Shown here one piece after another: positions 36,705 to 49,664 of a DNA stretch of 64,000 nucleotides (position 1 is its first letter; each line of letters begins with the position of its first letter). Source of the stretch: Rhynchobatus australiae (Eukaryota). The notes under the pieces are model-generated. The model searched no databases and was not told the origin of the DNA. It saw nothing but the letters and a program-made list of their open reading frames with translations. A program made the translations under genes and the position numbers. The DNA lies in NCBI GenBank assembly GCA_034780895.1, contig JAUZTB010000017.1, positions 29,032,906-29,096,905 of the forward strand, given 5' to 3'.

Positions 36705-38659
36705 GTAGTTTGTTACCACCTGAGATTAATAACCTAAATAACAGTGGTATATATTACAGAAGTCCTGGATAGTCTGAAGTATATATACCTTTGTGGTTTA
36801 GTATGTTGAATCAACACTGGTCAGAAAAAGTTTACATTTTACTATCACAGTAATTTTGCCCAAGAGGGACTGTTTGTTAAAAATAACATTAAAGTTAACA
36901 TTAACTTCCAGCATTTAAAAGTAATGAGAGCTAAAGTCCTGCTTAGAAAAGACATTTCTGTTTAACAGGTATGTCTTGAGGGGCTAATAACATAAAGAGA
37001 AAGAGGAAATTAGTTTGCTGTTGTCTGCATTCTTAATGAGCCTTCGCATGGAAATTGGGAAATGAAGAAAACTATTACCTGGTTTTCATTTCATACAGAT
37101 AGACTTCTGAATGGGTATTTTCCAATTATGTGATATGCATCTATTGCAACTAATTTTGTCCCCAAGAACTACTATGTGAATACAAAAATATTAATACATT
37201 CTATATCTGTGCAGCACGTGCAGTTCATATTTATAAAATCTGTCACCCTACAAAAACTGCCCTCTCATTTACTAGTACCTAACTACATGTATAATTCTGT
37301 GATCCTATGAATTATGCTGCCTGATTTTACCCAACTGTTAAAGGTTAATGTTCTTGCCTTGGACGTGCTGTTCATTCCTTTAAGTAATTGGACTATTCTA
37401 TGTTTAGGGGTATGCTTCACTCATAGAACATCAAAATGTAATAATCATACCATCTTGTGATTTGAAATGAATATAAATTCTTTGGCATGTGACTCCATTT
37501 GTGACCCCCCCCCCATTGAACCAAGAAAATATTTAATAGGGTGTGGTTTGATAGGAAATGTTAAGCTTATTATTTCATGTGGACATACAATNNNNNNNNN
37601 NNNNNNNNNNNNNNNNNNNNNNNNNNNNNNNNNNNNNNNNNNNNNNNNNNNNNNNNNNNNNNNNNNNNNNNNNNNNNNNNNNNNNNNNNNNNNNNNNNNN
37701 NNNNNNNNNNNNNNNNNNNNNNNNNNNNNNNNNNNNNNNNNNNNNNNNNNNNNNNNNNNNNNNNNNNNNNNNNNNNNNNNNNNNNNNNNNNNNNNNNNNN
37801 NNNNNNNNNNNNNNNNNNNNNNNNNNNNNNNNNNNNNNNNNNNNNNNNNNNNNNNNNNNNNNNNNNNNNNNNNNNNNNNNNNNNNNNNNNNNNNNNNNNN
37901 NNNNNNNNNNNNNNNNNNNNNNNNNNNNNNNNNNNNNNNNNNNNNNNNNNNNNNNNNNNNNNNNNNNNNNNNNNNNNNNNNNNNNNNNNNNNNNNNNNNN
38001 NNNNNNNNNNNNNNNNNNNNNNNNNNNNNNNNNNNNNNNNNNNNNNNNNNNNNNNNNNNNNNNNNNNNNNNNNNNNNNNNNNNNNNNNNNNNNNNNNNNN
38101 NNNNNNNNNNNNNNNNNNNNNNNNNNNNNNNNNNNNNNNNNNNNNNNNNNNNNNNNNNNNNNNNNNNNNNNNNNNNNNNNNNNNNNNNNNNNNNNNNNNN
38201 NNNNNNNNNNNNNNNNTCCATAAATTTCTTACTGTGCAACAAATAATCCTAAACATTTCCGCTGCAGAAATTAGTCCCTAGGTTTATTTTAACATGTGTC
38301 TAATTGGAAGCTATTTTGACACTGACACTCTTTCATGTGCTAAATAGAAGCCAAGGTATTTTAATATATAATTTCACAAATTTCAGTTTGAATTTTGTAA
38401 AGCTTTTAAGCTAGCGTTGTAAAATGTGAATGCAATTACTGAGGCAAGAAAAATCACCTAACTAATGGAAATAAAGCTGCAATTGTCAATAATAATGCAG
38501 TAAGCATGTCTGAATTATGCCTGTAAAGAAGAATACAGCTTCAACTATTTTGAATATTTTGAATAAATAAGTTAAAGTGATGTTTTTATGCCAATTTGTT
38601 TATGTTGCGATAATGTGGGATAATGTCCCCTTACTGGTTTCAGAAAATGAGGACTATTC

Positions 38660-39320
38660 CCCTCTCAATGAAAGTAGATATTGATGCTGAAATTCATTAT
38701 CACCTACAGTGCACCAGAAAGCCTTTGGCCATCTGACAGAAAGTGTGTCTGAAGATCAAGACTTCACCACAAGGCTCATGGTCCACTGGGCATCTCACCT
38801 ATGTACTTCTGAGACATGGATTACCCTCAGCCTGCATCTCAAAACACCAGAAAGATACCACTGATGTCTCTGCAAAACACACTAACATTCCCAGCACATC
38901 AATCAGATCCAATGGGCAGGCCATATCATTTGCATTCCAAACATCAGAGTCACAAGGCAGATACTCTATTCTGAGCTTTGTCACAGCAAGAGATTACCAG
39001 GTGGACAGAGGAAATTATTAAAAGGAATTCTCAAAGTCTCCTTAAAAATGTACAATATCAGCACAGAAACATATGGGTCCCTGACGCATGACTACTCAAA
39101 ATGGAGAAGAAACATCTGGGATGGAATGGAGACAGTAGTACTGTGTCAATGGTAGTTTGGGAGGAGTGGACCACATCCATAACTACCTATCCATTTCTCC
39201 TGTCAAGTCCCTCCAGTCTACCCATGGCAATGTGGCAGAGTTTGCTGGCCAAATCTTGGCCTCATCAACAACTTCAGAATCCACAGGATTGGATTGGAAG
39301 TAAGTTATCTTCAATCCCAA
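38660..39320 (+). mobile_element. RTE-clade LINE 3' fragment
   Basis: KVDIDAEIHYHLQC..AFGHLTESVSEDQD...WAGHII...QILYSEL...GGQRK. Confidence 0.8.
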
Positions 39321-42300
39321 TAGATTGGTTAAGAGAGAGAGAGAAAGAAAGAGAGAGAGAGTGCAAAGTGCGTGAGAAAGAGGAAGTGNNNNNNNNNNNN
39401 NNNNNNNNNNNNNNNNNNNNNNNNNNNNNNNNNNNNNNNNNNNNNNNNNNNNNNNNNNNNNNNNNNNNNNNNNNNNNNNNNNNNNNNNNNNNNNNNNNNN
39501 NNNNNNNNNNNNNNNNNNNNNNNNNNNNNNNNNNNNNNNNNNNNNNNNNNNNNNNNNNNNNNNNNNNNNNNNNNNNNNNNNNNNNNNNNNNNNNNNNNNN
39601 NNNNNNNNNNNNNNNNNNNNNNNNNNNNNNNNNNNNNNNNNNNNNNNNNNNNNNNNNNNNNNNNNNNNNNNNNNNNNNNNNNNNNNNNNNNNNNNNNNNN
39701 NNNNNNNNNNNNNNNNNNNNNNNNNNNNNNNNNNNNNNNNNNNNNNNNNNNNNNNNNNNNNNNNNNNNNNNNNNNNNNNNNNNNNNNAGTACAAATAACA
39801 GAGATTCAAATTTTTCAACCAAGTTAAAGCAACAGATCTAGTAGCATGAGCCCAATTAACAGGCTAGGATAACTAGTATGATGTCAATAACTTAAGTGGT
39901 GTTTTCTTCCAAAGTTCCAGTTTGCATTAAGGCAGAAACAGAGCTGTATCATCTGCTGAAGGAGCTTTGCTATTAATATATTTCACCGCAAGTTCCTCAC
40001 CATAATCGATGGCCATAGTTCAAATCTGCTTCCACTTACTTTCAGGTTTGCAAAAAAGTAAGGTTATAGAGATGGTGCCAAGGAGTGGCAAAGAGAGCAA
40101 TTCTTTTTGAACCACCTCATATAGCATTCCTGTCATATTGACATCAGCTCAGATGCTTGGATGCTCATCCCTTTTTTTATGATTTTCTACTATTTCTTTT
40201 CATTTTACTTCTTAATTCCCATTGCCAATGGTTGCTAATTGATTAAGATATCTTTCAAGCCTTTCTAAAGACTTTCAGATATCAGTCATCCTATTATAAT
40301 ATTTCCTTCTAATTGCATTCATTCCTTTAAATTTCACTTATTCATAATTTTCTGCTTCCATCATTAGTTTGCTTCTGACATTAGCCCAAATCTATATTTG
40401 AATCTGTGAATAACTATACAAATTAACCAACATAATTGAGATCTGTTGGTACATTACCATCCTGTCACAATTAGCATCAGCTCTTAAACATTTAGAACTT
40501 ATTACACCAGTAGATTAAAATTGTCTCAGATGTGTTTAGCTTACTGATGAAGTTTGATGTTACTGAAGTCACACTTAAGTGACATTAACTGTACAGGCAA
40601 TTTTATTTTAAAGAACATTGAATTTCATGCTCATTAGATTACCAAGGCTCTGGGGAACTACTTTCTTTTTCCCTTGTGTAAATGCTTGGCCTGCAGTGCT
40701 CAGGTTAAGTGAATTGCAATGATGAAATTCTGCTTTTGTAATCTCTTTCATGATGTTAAGGTCATTAATCTAATTCTAGATTACCCTGTGGCATTTGCAA
40801 AATCTGAGAAACATTTTTTTATTTGTATGTTTTGAGTATAAATGTTATACATTCATATTTTAAGATGGTTCTTACCCTTATTTTAAATTTATTCCAAAGC
40901 AGTTATATCTAGATACCTTAGAGAGAGACTTAACTGTTGATAAAATATTGTCACATATGAGAGTGGTAGTAGGACCTGTGAAACTTCCCTTTTGTGGACA
41001 ATCTATTTATATTGTTACAATTGCCTATCTCAACAGTCATCAAATATGAACACTTTCAGGTGATTGAACATGATATTTCTTCAACTGCACACCTATTCAC
41101 ACTTGAAACCATGTTCAAGTGGGTCACATGAATTGACTCAACAGGTAGTTTTGAGAGTGGGAGACCTGATTAATGTTAAACTGTTACCTGAACTGTTAGA
41201 TTACTCATTCACCACATAGTATGGAATACACAGTTCCACATGGAAAAACACACAATTCAAAAGTGCATCCCTATTGAGGATTGAACACATACCAATCTCA
41301 AAAGTGTGGTCACTTTTCTACAGTTGGTCACAGTGAAGAACAAACTTCATAAGGTACATATAATTTGAAGGCTAAACATAATTCAGTCCAATCTGATAAC
41401 AGGCAAAGTTAATGTCATGTTGCAGTCTGTAGTAAAAAATGGAAGAAATAACTATTGAATGTCATTATTTGTGAAGTTCAAAAAACTTGCAAATAAAAAA
41501 TAGTTTGGCAATTGATGCTAATGGAAATTAACTAGAATATGATACATATGGTAAATGTAGTCTTCTGCAAAATCATTTTTTACTTGACTCAATTTCCATC
41601 CCAATTTCCAGGTCATTTGTAAAAGTGTTGTGTATTTACAAGCCAAATTTATTGATACCAATTGCATAAAATTACCAGACATAAACAAAAGTCATTCAGC
41701 CCATTTAATCTGGGTTGGTGTTTTTACTCCAACGTGCATATCCTTTCATTCAATTATTTCATCCAAATCTTTAGGCTAACCCTTCTATTTCCGATTCTGT
41801 GCTTGCCAAGTTTCTTTTCAGATGCTTTTTTCAGGTTCAGATTCTTTTCAGATCTTTGGTAGGAACTCCCTTGGTAGCAAGTTCAATAACCCAATCATTC
41901 TCATAGCTATATTCTATTTCTGGCCCTAGATTTGGATCTCCCACAAGTAGCAGAATTCAACATCTAATCCATTCATAATTACAAAGACCATGTCAAAGAC
42001 TTTTCTCAAGAAAAGTGTTCAATCTTTTTAATATTTTCTGTATTTTCTGCAGTATATCTTTTTTGTAAGAACCCTATGTAGTCAAAATAGGTTACTACAT
42101 AAGTTAATGTTACTATCTTTAGACTCAACACCTTTAGAAGTGGTATTAGTACTTTGTTTATCTTGCTGATCTGAGATGCTGCTTTGAATAACTTGTTTAC
42201 TTGTATTGTGAGTTCATTTCCTTTTCCCCACCCCACTCCCCATTTATTTCCTTATTTTTAAGAGGTGGTTAGTGTTTATGCTTCTGTTGATTCCTATTAT

Positions 42301-42844
42301 CATCATCACAACTAAATAATCTGCATTTATGTTCAGAGCCATATACACCCCAAGAATTCTCCCACTTCAAAGACCTTCCTCATTGATCTGCAAAGACCAA
42401 CTGAGTAAAGGCAAGTATTGGACAATTTCTTCATTATAACTAACTTAATTTGTTTGAGTTTACCTTTCCCAACATTGACTTTCTGAGAGGCACTCAAGAC
42501 AATTTCCCNNNNNNNNNNCAACTTCAGAGGCTCCATTGAAGATCACAATGCCTATCTTGTCAAATCCATTTAGAATCCTATGAGTTTAAATGAGATCACA
42601 TATCATTTTTCTAAACTCTGGAGTGCAATGGCCCAATCAACTCAATCTCTTCTCATAAAACTTCCTCTCAGGAATCAACTCTTGGCATGCTTCCATATTT
42701 ATTTCCACTTACCTGGTTATAGAACCCTATTATTTATTTTTTTATATTCCTTGATAAGTTAATTCCATAATTTCACTTTGTCTTTCTGATGTTCTTCCTT
42801 TACTCTTTCCTAAATTCTCCCATTTGTCCTGTTCTTTAGCATTC

Positions 42845-43590
42845 ATACTTCTTGTATCCTCTTTGGCAAAAATGGACATCGATAATGAAATTCACCATCA
42901 CTTCCCTTGGTCAGCCTTTGGTCAACTGAGGAGAAGGGTGCTTAGATCTGGCACAAAGCTCATGGCCGACTGGGTAGCAGTGATCCATGTCCTCTTTTAT
43001 GCTTTCAAGACCTGAACTATCTGCAATAGGCACTTCAAGGCATTTGAAAGAAATCAATGCTGTATCCACAAAATCCACCACATTTACTGGAAGGTTAAAC
43101 AAAACAATGTCAGTATCCTGCATCAGGCCAACATCTCTGGCATCAAGGTCCTAATTACACTTAGACACCCCTTTTGGGCAGGCCACATGGTTCACATGCC
43201 CAACACCGGACTCCTGAAATGTACAATCTATTCAGAGCTCTGCTGTGGAGAAGATCAGCAGATGGATGGAGCAAACAATCCAAGAATGTTTTCAAAGCCT
43301 CTTAGAAAAAATTGCAAAGTCCCTGTTCCTTTCTGAGAAAAACTGGGCCATGAATGCTCAAATTAAAGGAATAGCTTGAGTCCATGCACTTGAAACACAC
43401 AGAAGCCCAGTTCAAACAGTGGAAGAAGCACGTTGCCTGACAAACTACCCACCCATCTGCGCATCAGGCACCTCCTGCCCCATCCATGGAAGAATATGCA
43501 GTCCTAAATTAGCATCATCAATCACCTCAGAACCCACAAAACTGGAATGGAAGCAAGTTGTCCTCATTCCTAAAGGATTGCCTAAGATAA
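42845..43590 (+). mobile_element. RTE-clade LINE 3' fragment
   Basis: ORF 42824-43015 KMDIDNEIHHH..SAFGQLRRRVL.SGTKLM...VIHVLFYA; later WAGHMVHMPNTGL...YSEL; 3' end gaagcaagttgtcctcattcctaaaggattgcctaaga. Confidence 0.85.
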
Positions 43591-43812
43591 TTCTTATTGT
43601 TTCTTTTTCTGTAGATTCAGTTTTCAGATTAGCTCTCTATTCATCCATGGTGCCCAATTACTACCTTACTTGTGTTTAGCTTTCAGTGGAATGCATTCCC
43701 TTAGATCACTATTTATCTTTTTGAAGATCTCTCATTCTTTACTATCTCTTTCAAGCTATTTTCCCAGTCTATCTTTCTTTTGATCTAACCCTCACTTTTG
43801 TATAATTTGCTG

Positions 43813-44109
43813 TTTCTCAATCTATTGTCTATTACTCTTTGTCCTGTTTGCTATTTTCAATCCTAATCTTGAAATATATTGAAGAAATTCGAACAGTCTC
43901 TGTGTTGAGTCCAAAGGCANNNNNNNNNNNNNNNNNNNNNNNNNNNNNNNNNNNNNNNNNNNNNNNNNNNNNNNNNNNNNNNNNNNNNNNNNNNNNNNNN
44001 NNNNNNNNNNNNNNNNNNNCAGAGACTGTTCGAATTTCTTCAATATATTTCAAGATTAGGATTGAAAATAGCAAACAGGACAAAGAGTAATAGACATTAG
44101 ATTGAGAAA
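43813..44109. repeat. 90-bp inverted repeat flanking a 100-N gap
   Basis: 43813-43902 is the reverse complement of 44020-44109 with one mismatch. Confidence 0.95.
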
Positions 44110-45188
44110 TTAATCTTTTTTCCCTTCCTTCCAAACTGTTTCTTATCAGCTTCCAAATTTTGACCCTTTTCATTGTTGTTGTGAAATAGTATTTTTTAAA
44201 ATGTAATGCTGTCACACATTTTCCAGATGCACCATGTCATTAGATTATCGTTGCCCATTTAACAATTCACCACCTCTTAAAATCAAAGATTATTGGATGA
44301 AATCTTTCCCTTCTGAAGCTTTATTTGTTGTTATTTAGTGAGTTATTATTTTATAGATATTCTTTAAACAACTTCTTGACAATTGACTTCACTCTGTTGT
44401 TTATTATTTATGAGATACTAATAGATCATAATTTGCCAGACTGAATAAAGAAACACTAAGTTGTTCCTAATTACCATCCAGTTTTCTCTCAAGATGATTG
44501 CCAGTGTTTGACAAATCACATGCTGGTTCTTTCTCTCCACACCTGCAGTTCTTTTTAGTTTACTTCCTTTAACAAGGCTATACTTCCACGTATTAATGTA
44601 AAGGTTTCAAAGTATATTATCTGAGAGTATGGTACTCTATAATGAATACCAAAAAAATTAATTGAGTTCCTTTTCGCCATTTTGTTCCCTCTTTTAGGCC
44701 AATTTTTTTCCTTAACTGTTCAATTTGTTATTATTTTATTGAAGGAACTTCTTTCTGTTGTTGCTTAGTAACTCAAGATACTTGCACTTCTGGACTTTTC
44801 CATAATACTCTATCTTCTTCTGCAGCTTTGGTGATTTAAATATCCTTGCATTTCGGGTGTTTGGAAGTTTCCTTGCAAAAATCAGTCCTTATGAATAAAG
44901 GAAATTTCCTATCTGGGTATTAAATTGGAGATGAATCATAGGTTGTCATTATTGGCAACGATGAATGTCATCATCATTATTGTTATCATCACACCTGTTT
45001 AACCTGCACTTACTGTTCTCTTGAATATGTAGCTCCAGAATTCTTTCATTTCTGAGACATTCCACACTGACTTACAAAGGCTGGCCAAATGGAGTCAAGA
45101 TCCTGCGGTCTCTTTTGTACAATTAACCTAATTTGTTTGGGGTTGCATTTCCTAGCGTTGACTTCCTAAGAGGTACTCACTGCACTCT

Positions 45189-45506
45189 TAAAATAAAAAC
45201 AGAAAATACTGGAAATACTTAGCAGCTCAGGCCATTTCTGTGGGAAGAGAGACAGAGTTAATGTTNNNNNNNNNNNNNNNNNNNNNNNNNNNNNNNNNNN
45301 NNNNNNNNNNNNNNNNNNNNNNNNNNNNNNNNNNNNNNNNNNNNNNNNNNNNNNNNNNNNNNNNNAATACTTAGCAGCTCAGGCCATTTCTGTGGGAAGA
45401 GAGACAGAGTTAATGTTTCAGGTCGAAGACCCTTCATCAGATGAGACCTGACCTGCTGAGTATTTGCAGCATTTTCTGCTTTTATTTTAGATATCCAGCA
45501 TCTGCA
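45189..45506. mobile_element. Fold-back Penelope terminal fragment (left part duplicated across a gap)
   Basis: aaataaaaacagaaaatactggaaatacttagcag...tttcaggtcgaagacccttcatcag, then cctgacctgctgagtatttgcagcattttctgcttttattttag. Confidence 0.82.
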
Positions 45507-45611
45507 CTCTTATAATGCTCTCCTCACTGAGACCTGCGGCAGTACACAGACTTGTGGCATTTCCACAATACTTGCACAGGGGGATCTATTTGCCTGCTGA
45601 ACCTGTGGCAG

Positions 45612-45715
45612 ATTTGATGAATGGTCTTCACCCTGAAACGATAACTCTATTTCTCTTTCCACAGACATTTCCTGATCTGCTGAATGTTTCCAGCATTTTC
45701 TGTTTCTGTTTCTGC
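45612..45715 (+). mobile_element. Penelope terminal fragment
   Basis: ttgatgaatggtcttcaccctgaaacgataactct...ccacagac...ctgatctgctgaatgtttccagcattttctgtt. Confidence 0.75.
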
Positions 45716-45939
45716 ACAATTTAACCTGGTGAGGGGACAGTGAGCCTATTTGTTTGAATAGAGAGAAATGGCTGTGAAAGAGCAAGGTAACTTTGAGTTA
45801 ATTTATATATTTTTAAAATTCAACTATGTTTGTTAAATGTGTTTAATTATTTAAAGGTGTTCTTCAGTGTTTTAACTGGTTTATTGCCTTTTAATGTTCT
45901 TGAATCTCAGAAGCATTCTAAATCAATCAATGTTTTTGA

Positions 45940-46234
45940 CAGGTTCTACCCCTCCACCATCAGATTTCTGAACAGTCCATGAACCCATGAACACTTTGNN
46001 NNNNNNNNNNNNNNNNNNNNNNNNNNNNNNNNNNNNNNNNNNNNNNNNNNNNNNNNNNNNNNNNNNNNNNNNNNNNNNNNNNNNNNNNNNNNNNNNNNTT
46101 TGTCATTATTCCTTCTTTTTGCACTATTTATTTATTTTTGTAATTTATAGTAATTTTATGTCTTTGCACTGGACTGCTGCTGCAAAACAACAAATTTCAC
46201 GTCATTTAAGTAAAAGACAATAAATCTGATTCTG
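45940..46234 (+). mobile_element. Rex1/Babar-type 3' UTR and tail
   Basis: ttctacccctccaccatcagatttctgaac (FYPSTIRFLN)...tttgcactggactgctgctgcaaaacaacaaatttcacg...aataaatctgattctga. Confidence 0.75.
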
Positions 46235-46809
46235 AGAGTTGTCAAAGTCTTTTCAGCTATTCCCTTCACTAGGATTGTTCTGTCCTTCCCATGAAACAGA
46301 TCTAAGTCACATAAGGCCCAGGAAAGGACCTTGCTATTGGGATTTAGAATGTCTTGGGAATGCAAGTTGACGACAGAGGATCTACAAAATAAGGGATCTA
46401 TACCTTGCATGTAGATCAGTGGCAAGTGCAGACGGCTTGCCACTGAGAGCTAGTTCTGATTAATGCTCCTGGCTACAAATTATTCAGGAAAGATAAAGAG
46501 GGGAATCAGTTTTGATCAAAGAAACTATTACAGGACCAAAGAGAGATAATATAATTGAGGGGATCAAAGGAAGAATCGTTTGATGATGTAAAAATTGTAA
46601 AAGTGCTGCAAAATAAAAGAATGAGAATAGAATAGTAGCATAGTTACATGGTCACCAAGAAACAGTGGAGTGGCTTGAAGTCTAAAGCAAAGATATTCCA
46701 ATAAATAACGTAACGGAGGTTCTCTCTGAATATTTTAACTCTGTCTTCCCTGAGAAATAAACAAAGAATGAGATGCTTCCATTAATCTGGAACTATCACA
46801 TTCCTTGCA

Positions 46810-46945
46810 GGATTCAGAAAGTCCCTTACAGCAAAATAAGGATCTTTTGAAGTACAGTTATTGTTTCAGTGTTGGAAAGCCAATAGACAATTGGTCCACA
46901 GGAGTCTCCCATAAACAGCAATGTGTTAATGGATAGATAATCATT
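46810..46945 (-). mobile_element. Deu-domain SINE fragment
   Basis: ttacagcaaaataaggatcttttgaagtacagttattgtt...tcccataaacagcaatgtgttaatggatagataatc resembles the reversed DeuSINE (SacSINE1/AmnSINE1) body. Confidence 0.6.
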
Positions 46946-46969
46946 GCAAAGTGAAATTAAGTATTAAGT

Positions 46970-48030
46970 TATGTTTCCTAAAGGTCAGTGTTAGTACCGT
47001 GAGTCTTGTTCATGTGCCTGGACTTGTCTGCAGGGCATCACTTCAAAGTCTGGAGATGATATAAAACTGGAAATACAATAAATAATGACCATAGCAACAA
47101 ACATCAGGAAGGCATGGATTGTTGAAATGAGAAGCCACACGAAAGAGGCTCTTTTGCAGAGAAATGTGTTTTTACATTACGAATAAGAAAAAGTGCTCTT
47201 TTCCTCACCACTGGTAAACTAGAAGATCTCTTTGAAAAGCTGAAATAGCATGAAGGCACTTAACAATTTGGATGCAAACTTTTGTTGTAATTATTACACC
47301 AGTTGCCCTGGTGGCATTTTACCTTTCTCAAGCAAACGTAAATCAGTGGTGGGGTAAAGAACATTTTTTCTACTTCTTTTAATAAGAAGTCACGAGACCT
47401 TGTGGCATGCGTAGTACATCTCTGAATCTGGCAGAGCAAGGTAATCCTTGGTATCCTTGGCTTTATTAAAAAGGACCTAAGTACAAAACAATGGAGGCAT
47501 GCTGAAGGTTGGTAAAAGAACTTGTTAAGCTGTCAGCTGGAGTATTGTGTTTTGGCTGAGGCACCACATATTAAGAAGGATGTTAAGGCCTTAGAGAGGA
47601 TGCAGAAGAGATTTACTGGAGTGGTACCTGGAATGAAGGACTTCAGTCATATAGCAAGGCTGGAGATTCTGGAGGTGTTCTCCTTAGAACAAAGTTAAAA
47701 GGGGATTTGTAGAGTTTCTCATAATTATCAAATGTTTTGATAGACTAAATAGGAGAAAGTGTTTCCAATAATAGAAGGGTCTATGCCAATGTCATTGCCT
47801 GAATAACCAGAGGCAACATGACTTTTTTTGGCACCTTGAATCATTGCAATCTGAAATTCACTGAACCAAAGGGCAGTGGAGCAGGTTCCATAGCAACTTT
47901 GGAAAAGATACCGGATAAATATTGAAGAAATATATAATACAGGATTCCAGGGAAAGTAGAGGGAAGTGGAAATGATTATGTAACTCAAACAGACAGCTAG
48001 AACTGGCATGAAAGACTGAATGGCCCCACA
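46970..48030 (+). mobile_element. Old CR1 LINE, RT to 3' end, interrupted
   Basis: ggtcagtgttag..gatgatataaaactgg (GSVL..DD.KL); cagctggagtattgtg; aagaaggatgttaaggccttagagaggatgcagaagagatttact (KDVKALERMQKRFT). Confidence 0.75.
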
Positions 48031-48819
48031 CTAAGAAAGAGTTCCTCTGAGCACATGGTTAACAAGATCAAAAGTTTATTTTTGAAGAATGAAAACCTTT
48101 TAAGTTAATTATAAATAGCACACAATGGAAATACCCTTCAATATTAGAGTAAGTTAGGCTTACTCCGCACTATTTATCCCTAGGGTACCCAACTGCATCA
48201 TCCGATCACTTCTTCCTGGTTTCTTGCATTTAGCCATGATATGTCCTTATCACAGGCTTGGTCCTTCACTATGGTTTCTTACTCAAAAAAGAAGAACATT
48301 TCTTATTCCCTTACCTCTGATTTCACTCCACTTGAAAAAGATAAAATGTCACCAAGGCAACAAATATAATAATTATCAAAAAAAGATTGAATCCAAATTA
48401 GTAAATGCATTAGCGCTATTTCTTAAAATGGTAGGGAAGAAAATCGAACAGAAAACTGACATTGGCGGTTAAAGCTGATACTTTCAACTGCCTGTGTGCT
48501 GCTTTGATTCTGATGCAAATTATGGAATAGTGATGAGAATGGCATGAGTACCTTATTGCTGTCATTGTGATGCTCCTCAGAGATATTTTTTTGTAAGTGC
48601 ACTGCAATAAAATGTTAAAAATAGAAGCTGTGGGGAAAATGAACAATAGAAAACTGAACAGTAAGGACTGAATTAATTTTCCTGAACTTGCATTAGCTTA
48701 AAAAGCAGTTGGCCTAGAAATTCTATATCTTAACACAACGTTTTTTTGCTAAGTGCAGGTGGGTACTCAATGTGCCTTGAATTTAGTTCTGGTTCCCTAG
48801 GCATAAGCTCACGTGCACA

Positions 48820-49151
48820 TGGTGGCACAGTGGTACAGCTCGTAGAGCTGCTGCCTCCCAGTGCCAGAGACCTAAGTTCAATCCTGACCGCTGGTGCTGT
48901 CTGTGTGGAGTCTGCCTGTGATTTTGTGGGTTTCCTTTGAGTGCTCCGGTTTCTTCCCACATCCCAAAAGGCATGCATGTTGGCAGGTTAACTGGCCAGT
49001 CTAAATTGCCCTCAGTGTTTTGGTGAGTGGTGGAATCTAGGGGGAGTGTATGAGATTTTTTAAAAACATGATTAATGAAGGATTAGTGTAAAGTGGGTGT
49101 TGGTAGGAAGTGCAGCCTGTTTCCATGCTGTATCTCTCTATGACTCAATGA
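48820..49151 (+). mobile_element. HE1-like V-SINE, near full length
   Basis: ggtggcacagtggtacagctcgtagagctgctgcctc, B-box agttcaatcc, V domain gtgctccggtttcttcccacatcccaaa, tail ctgtttccatgctgtatctctctatgactc. Confidence 0.9.
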
Positions 49152-49291
49152 CACAGAAGTCTTTGGGCATAGCAGTGATGTAGATCAATATGGGATACGN
49201 NNNNNNNNNNNNNNNNNNNNNNNNNNNNNNNNNNNNNNNNNNNNNNNNNNNNNNNNNNNNNNNNNNNNNNNNNNNNNNNNNNNNNNNNNNN

Positions 49292-49640
49292 TGAGCCCAG
49301 ACAACATCCCAGCTGTTGCACTGAAGATCTGTGTACCAGAACTAACTGTGTCTCTCGCCAAACTTTTCTGTATAGCTACAACACTGCTATATGCCTGACA
49401 ATAAGAAAAATTGCCCAGTTACATCCTGTTCACAAAAAGTAGAATGAATCCAATCTGACTAATTGCCACCCAGTCAATCTACACCCAGTTATCAGCCAAG
49501 TGATGGAAGGTGTCATTGATAGTACTATCAAATAGCACTGAGTTACCAATAAACTGCTTAGCAGTACCCATCACAAGCTCAGCCAAACATGGACCAAACT
49601 GCTAAATTCCAGAATTGACATGAAAGTGACTGCCTCGTTA
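49292..49640 (+). mobile_element. CR1-clade LINE RT N-terminal part (host of nested insertions)
   Basis: PDNIPAVALKICVPELTVSLAKLF...KIAQLHPVHKK...NCHPVNLHPVISQVMEGVI. Confidence 0.8.
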
Positions 49641-49664
49641 GCAGTGTATGACCAGTCTGCTTTG

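Noticed and set aside
37445-39841. Long ORFs of 150-265 aa in the track
   Set aside because: They consist mostly of X from N runs; the same applies to all ORFs spanning gaps.
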